Shown piece by piece: positions 63,923-64,000 of a stretch of DNA of 64,000 nt; the first letter of the stretch is position 1; each line of letters opens with the position of its first letter. Where the stretch lies: IMG/VR virus record IMGVR_UViG_3300029996_000158. One strand, 5' to 3'. This DNA is from a virus. Made by a program: the position numbers and the translations under genes. The notes under the pieces are model-generated. The model had not been told where the DNA came from, did not search any database, and saw only the letters and a list, made by a program, of their open reading frames with translations.

Positions 63923-64000
63923 TGTCAAATTTAACTAACGAGTTCAAAGGTAAACTCAAAAAATATTTTCATGTAAAATTAGGGGCATTTACTTATAGAC
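63922..64000 (+). CDS. partial CDS (5' end, runs off window), unknown function
   Basis: TAATG overlap with the helicase stop. Open frame MSNLTNEFKGKLKKYFHVKLGAFTYR runs to the window edge. Confidence 0.4.
   Translation, partial: MSNLTNEFKGKLKKYFHVKLGAFTYR

Overview
This window looks like most of the genome of a low-GC dsDNA phage with a contractile tail (myovirus type). No rRNA, tRNA, CRISPR array, integrase or reverse transcriptase was recognised. Bipartite TTTG(CAT)-N20-TAnnTTTG promoters and mostly A-rich leaders point to a Bacteroidota host. Layout on the + strand unless stated: (1) 0.2-7.2 kb is a recombination/repair module, with an intein-interrupted RecA, a 5'-3' exonuclease (FEN), a P-loop kinase-like protein, SbcD/SbcC-like nucleases and an Hjc-like resolvase candidate. 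(2) 7.2-22.7 kb holds a NusG-like protein, an HTH protein and about 35 small early genes. These include a protein with 34 consecutive Glu and several Lys-rich proteins, driven by repeated host-type promoters, three of which are near-identical 79-nt cassettes. (3) 21.7-27.4 kb is a compositionally distinct stretch (C-rich, G-poor coding strand) that is poor in coding sequence. It contains a 1.2-kb ORF-free, repeat-dense region with dyad symmetry and several stand-alone promoter-gene-terminator units. (4) 27.4-30.8 kb is a reverse-strand cassette of nine genes in three terminated units, five of them small membrane proteins, followed by an orphan divergent C5 DNA methyltransferase. (5) 31.86-32.03 kb is an ACGT-rich palindrome cluster. 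(6) 32-60.3 kb is the virion module: TerL, portal, protease/scaffold candidate, decoration protein, major capsid, PKD and LRR proteins, sheath, tube, chaperone, tape measure and a P2/Mu-like baseplate. (7) After that come a membrane protein plus amidase, a reverse-strand sigma-like factor, and a DnaB-like helicase. The parts most worth a second look are the dyad-symmetric ORF-free region, the surrounding compositional island, the reverse-strand membrane-protein cassette, and a CpG-rich LRR island inside the virion module. All functional calls come from motif recognition by eye; no database search was possible.
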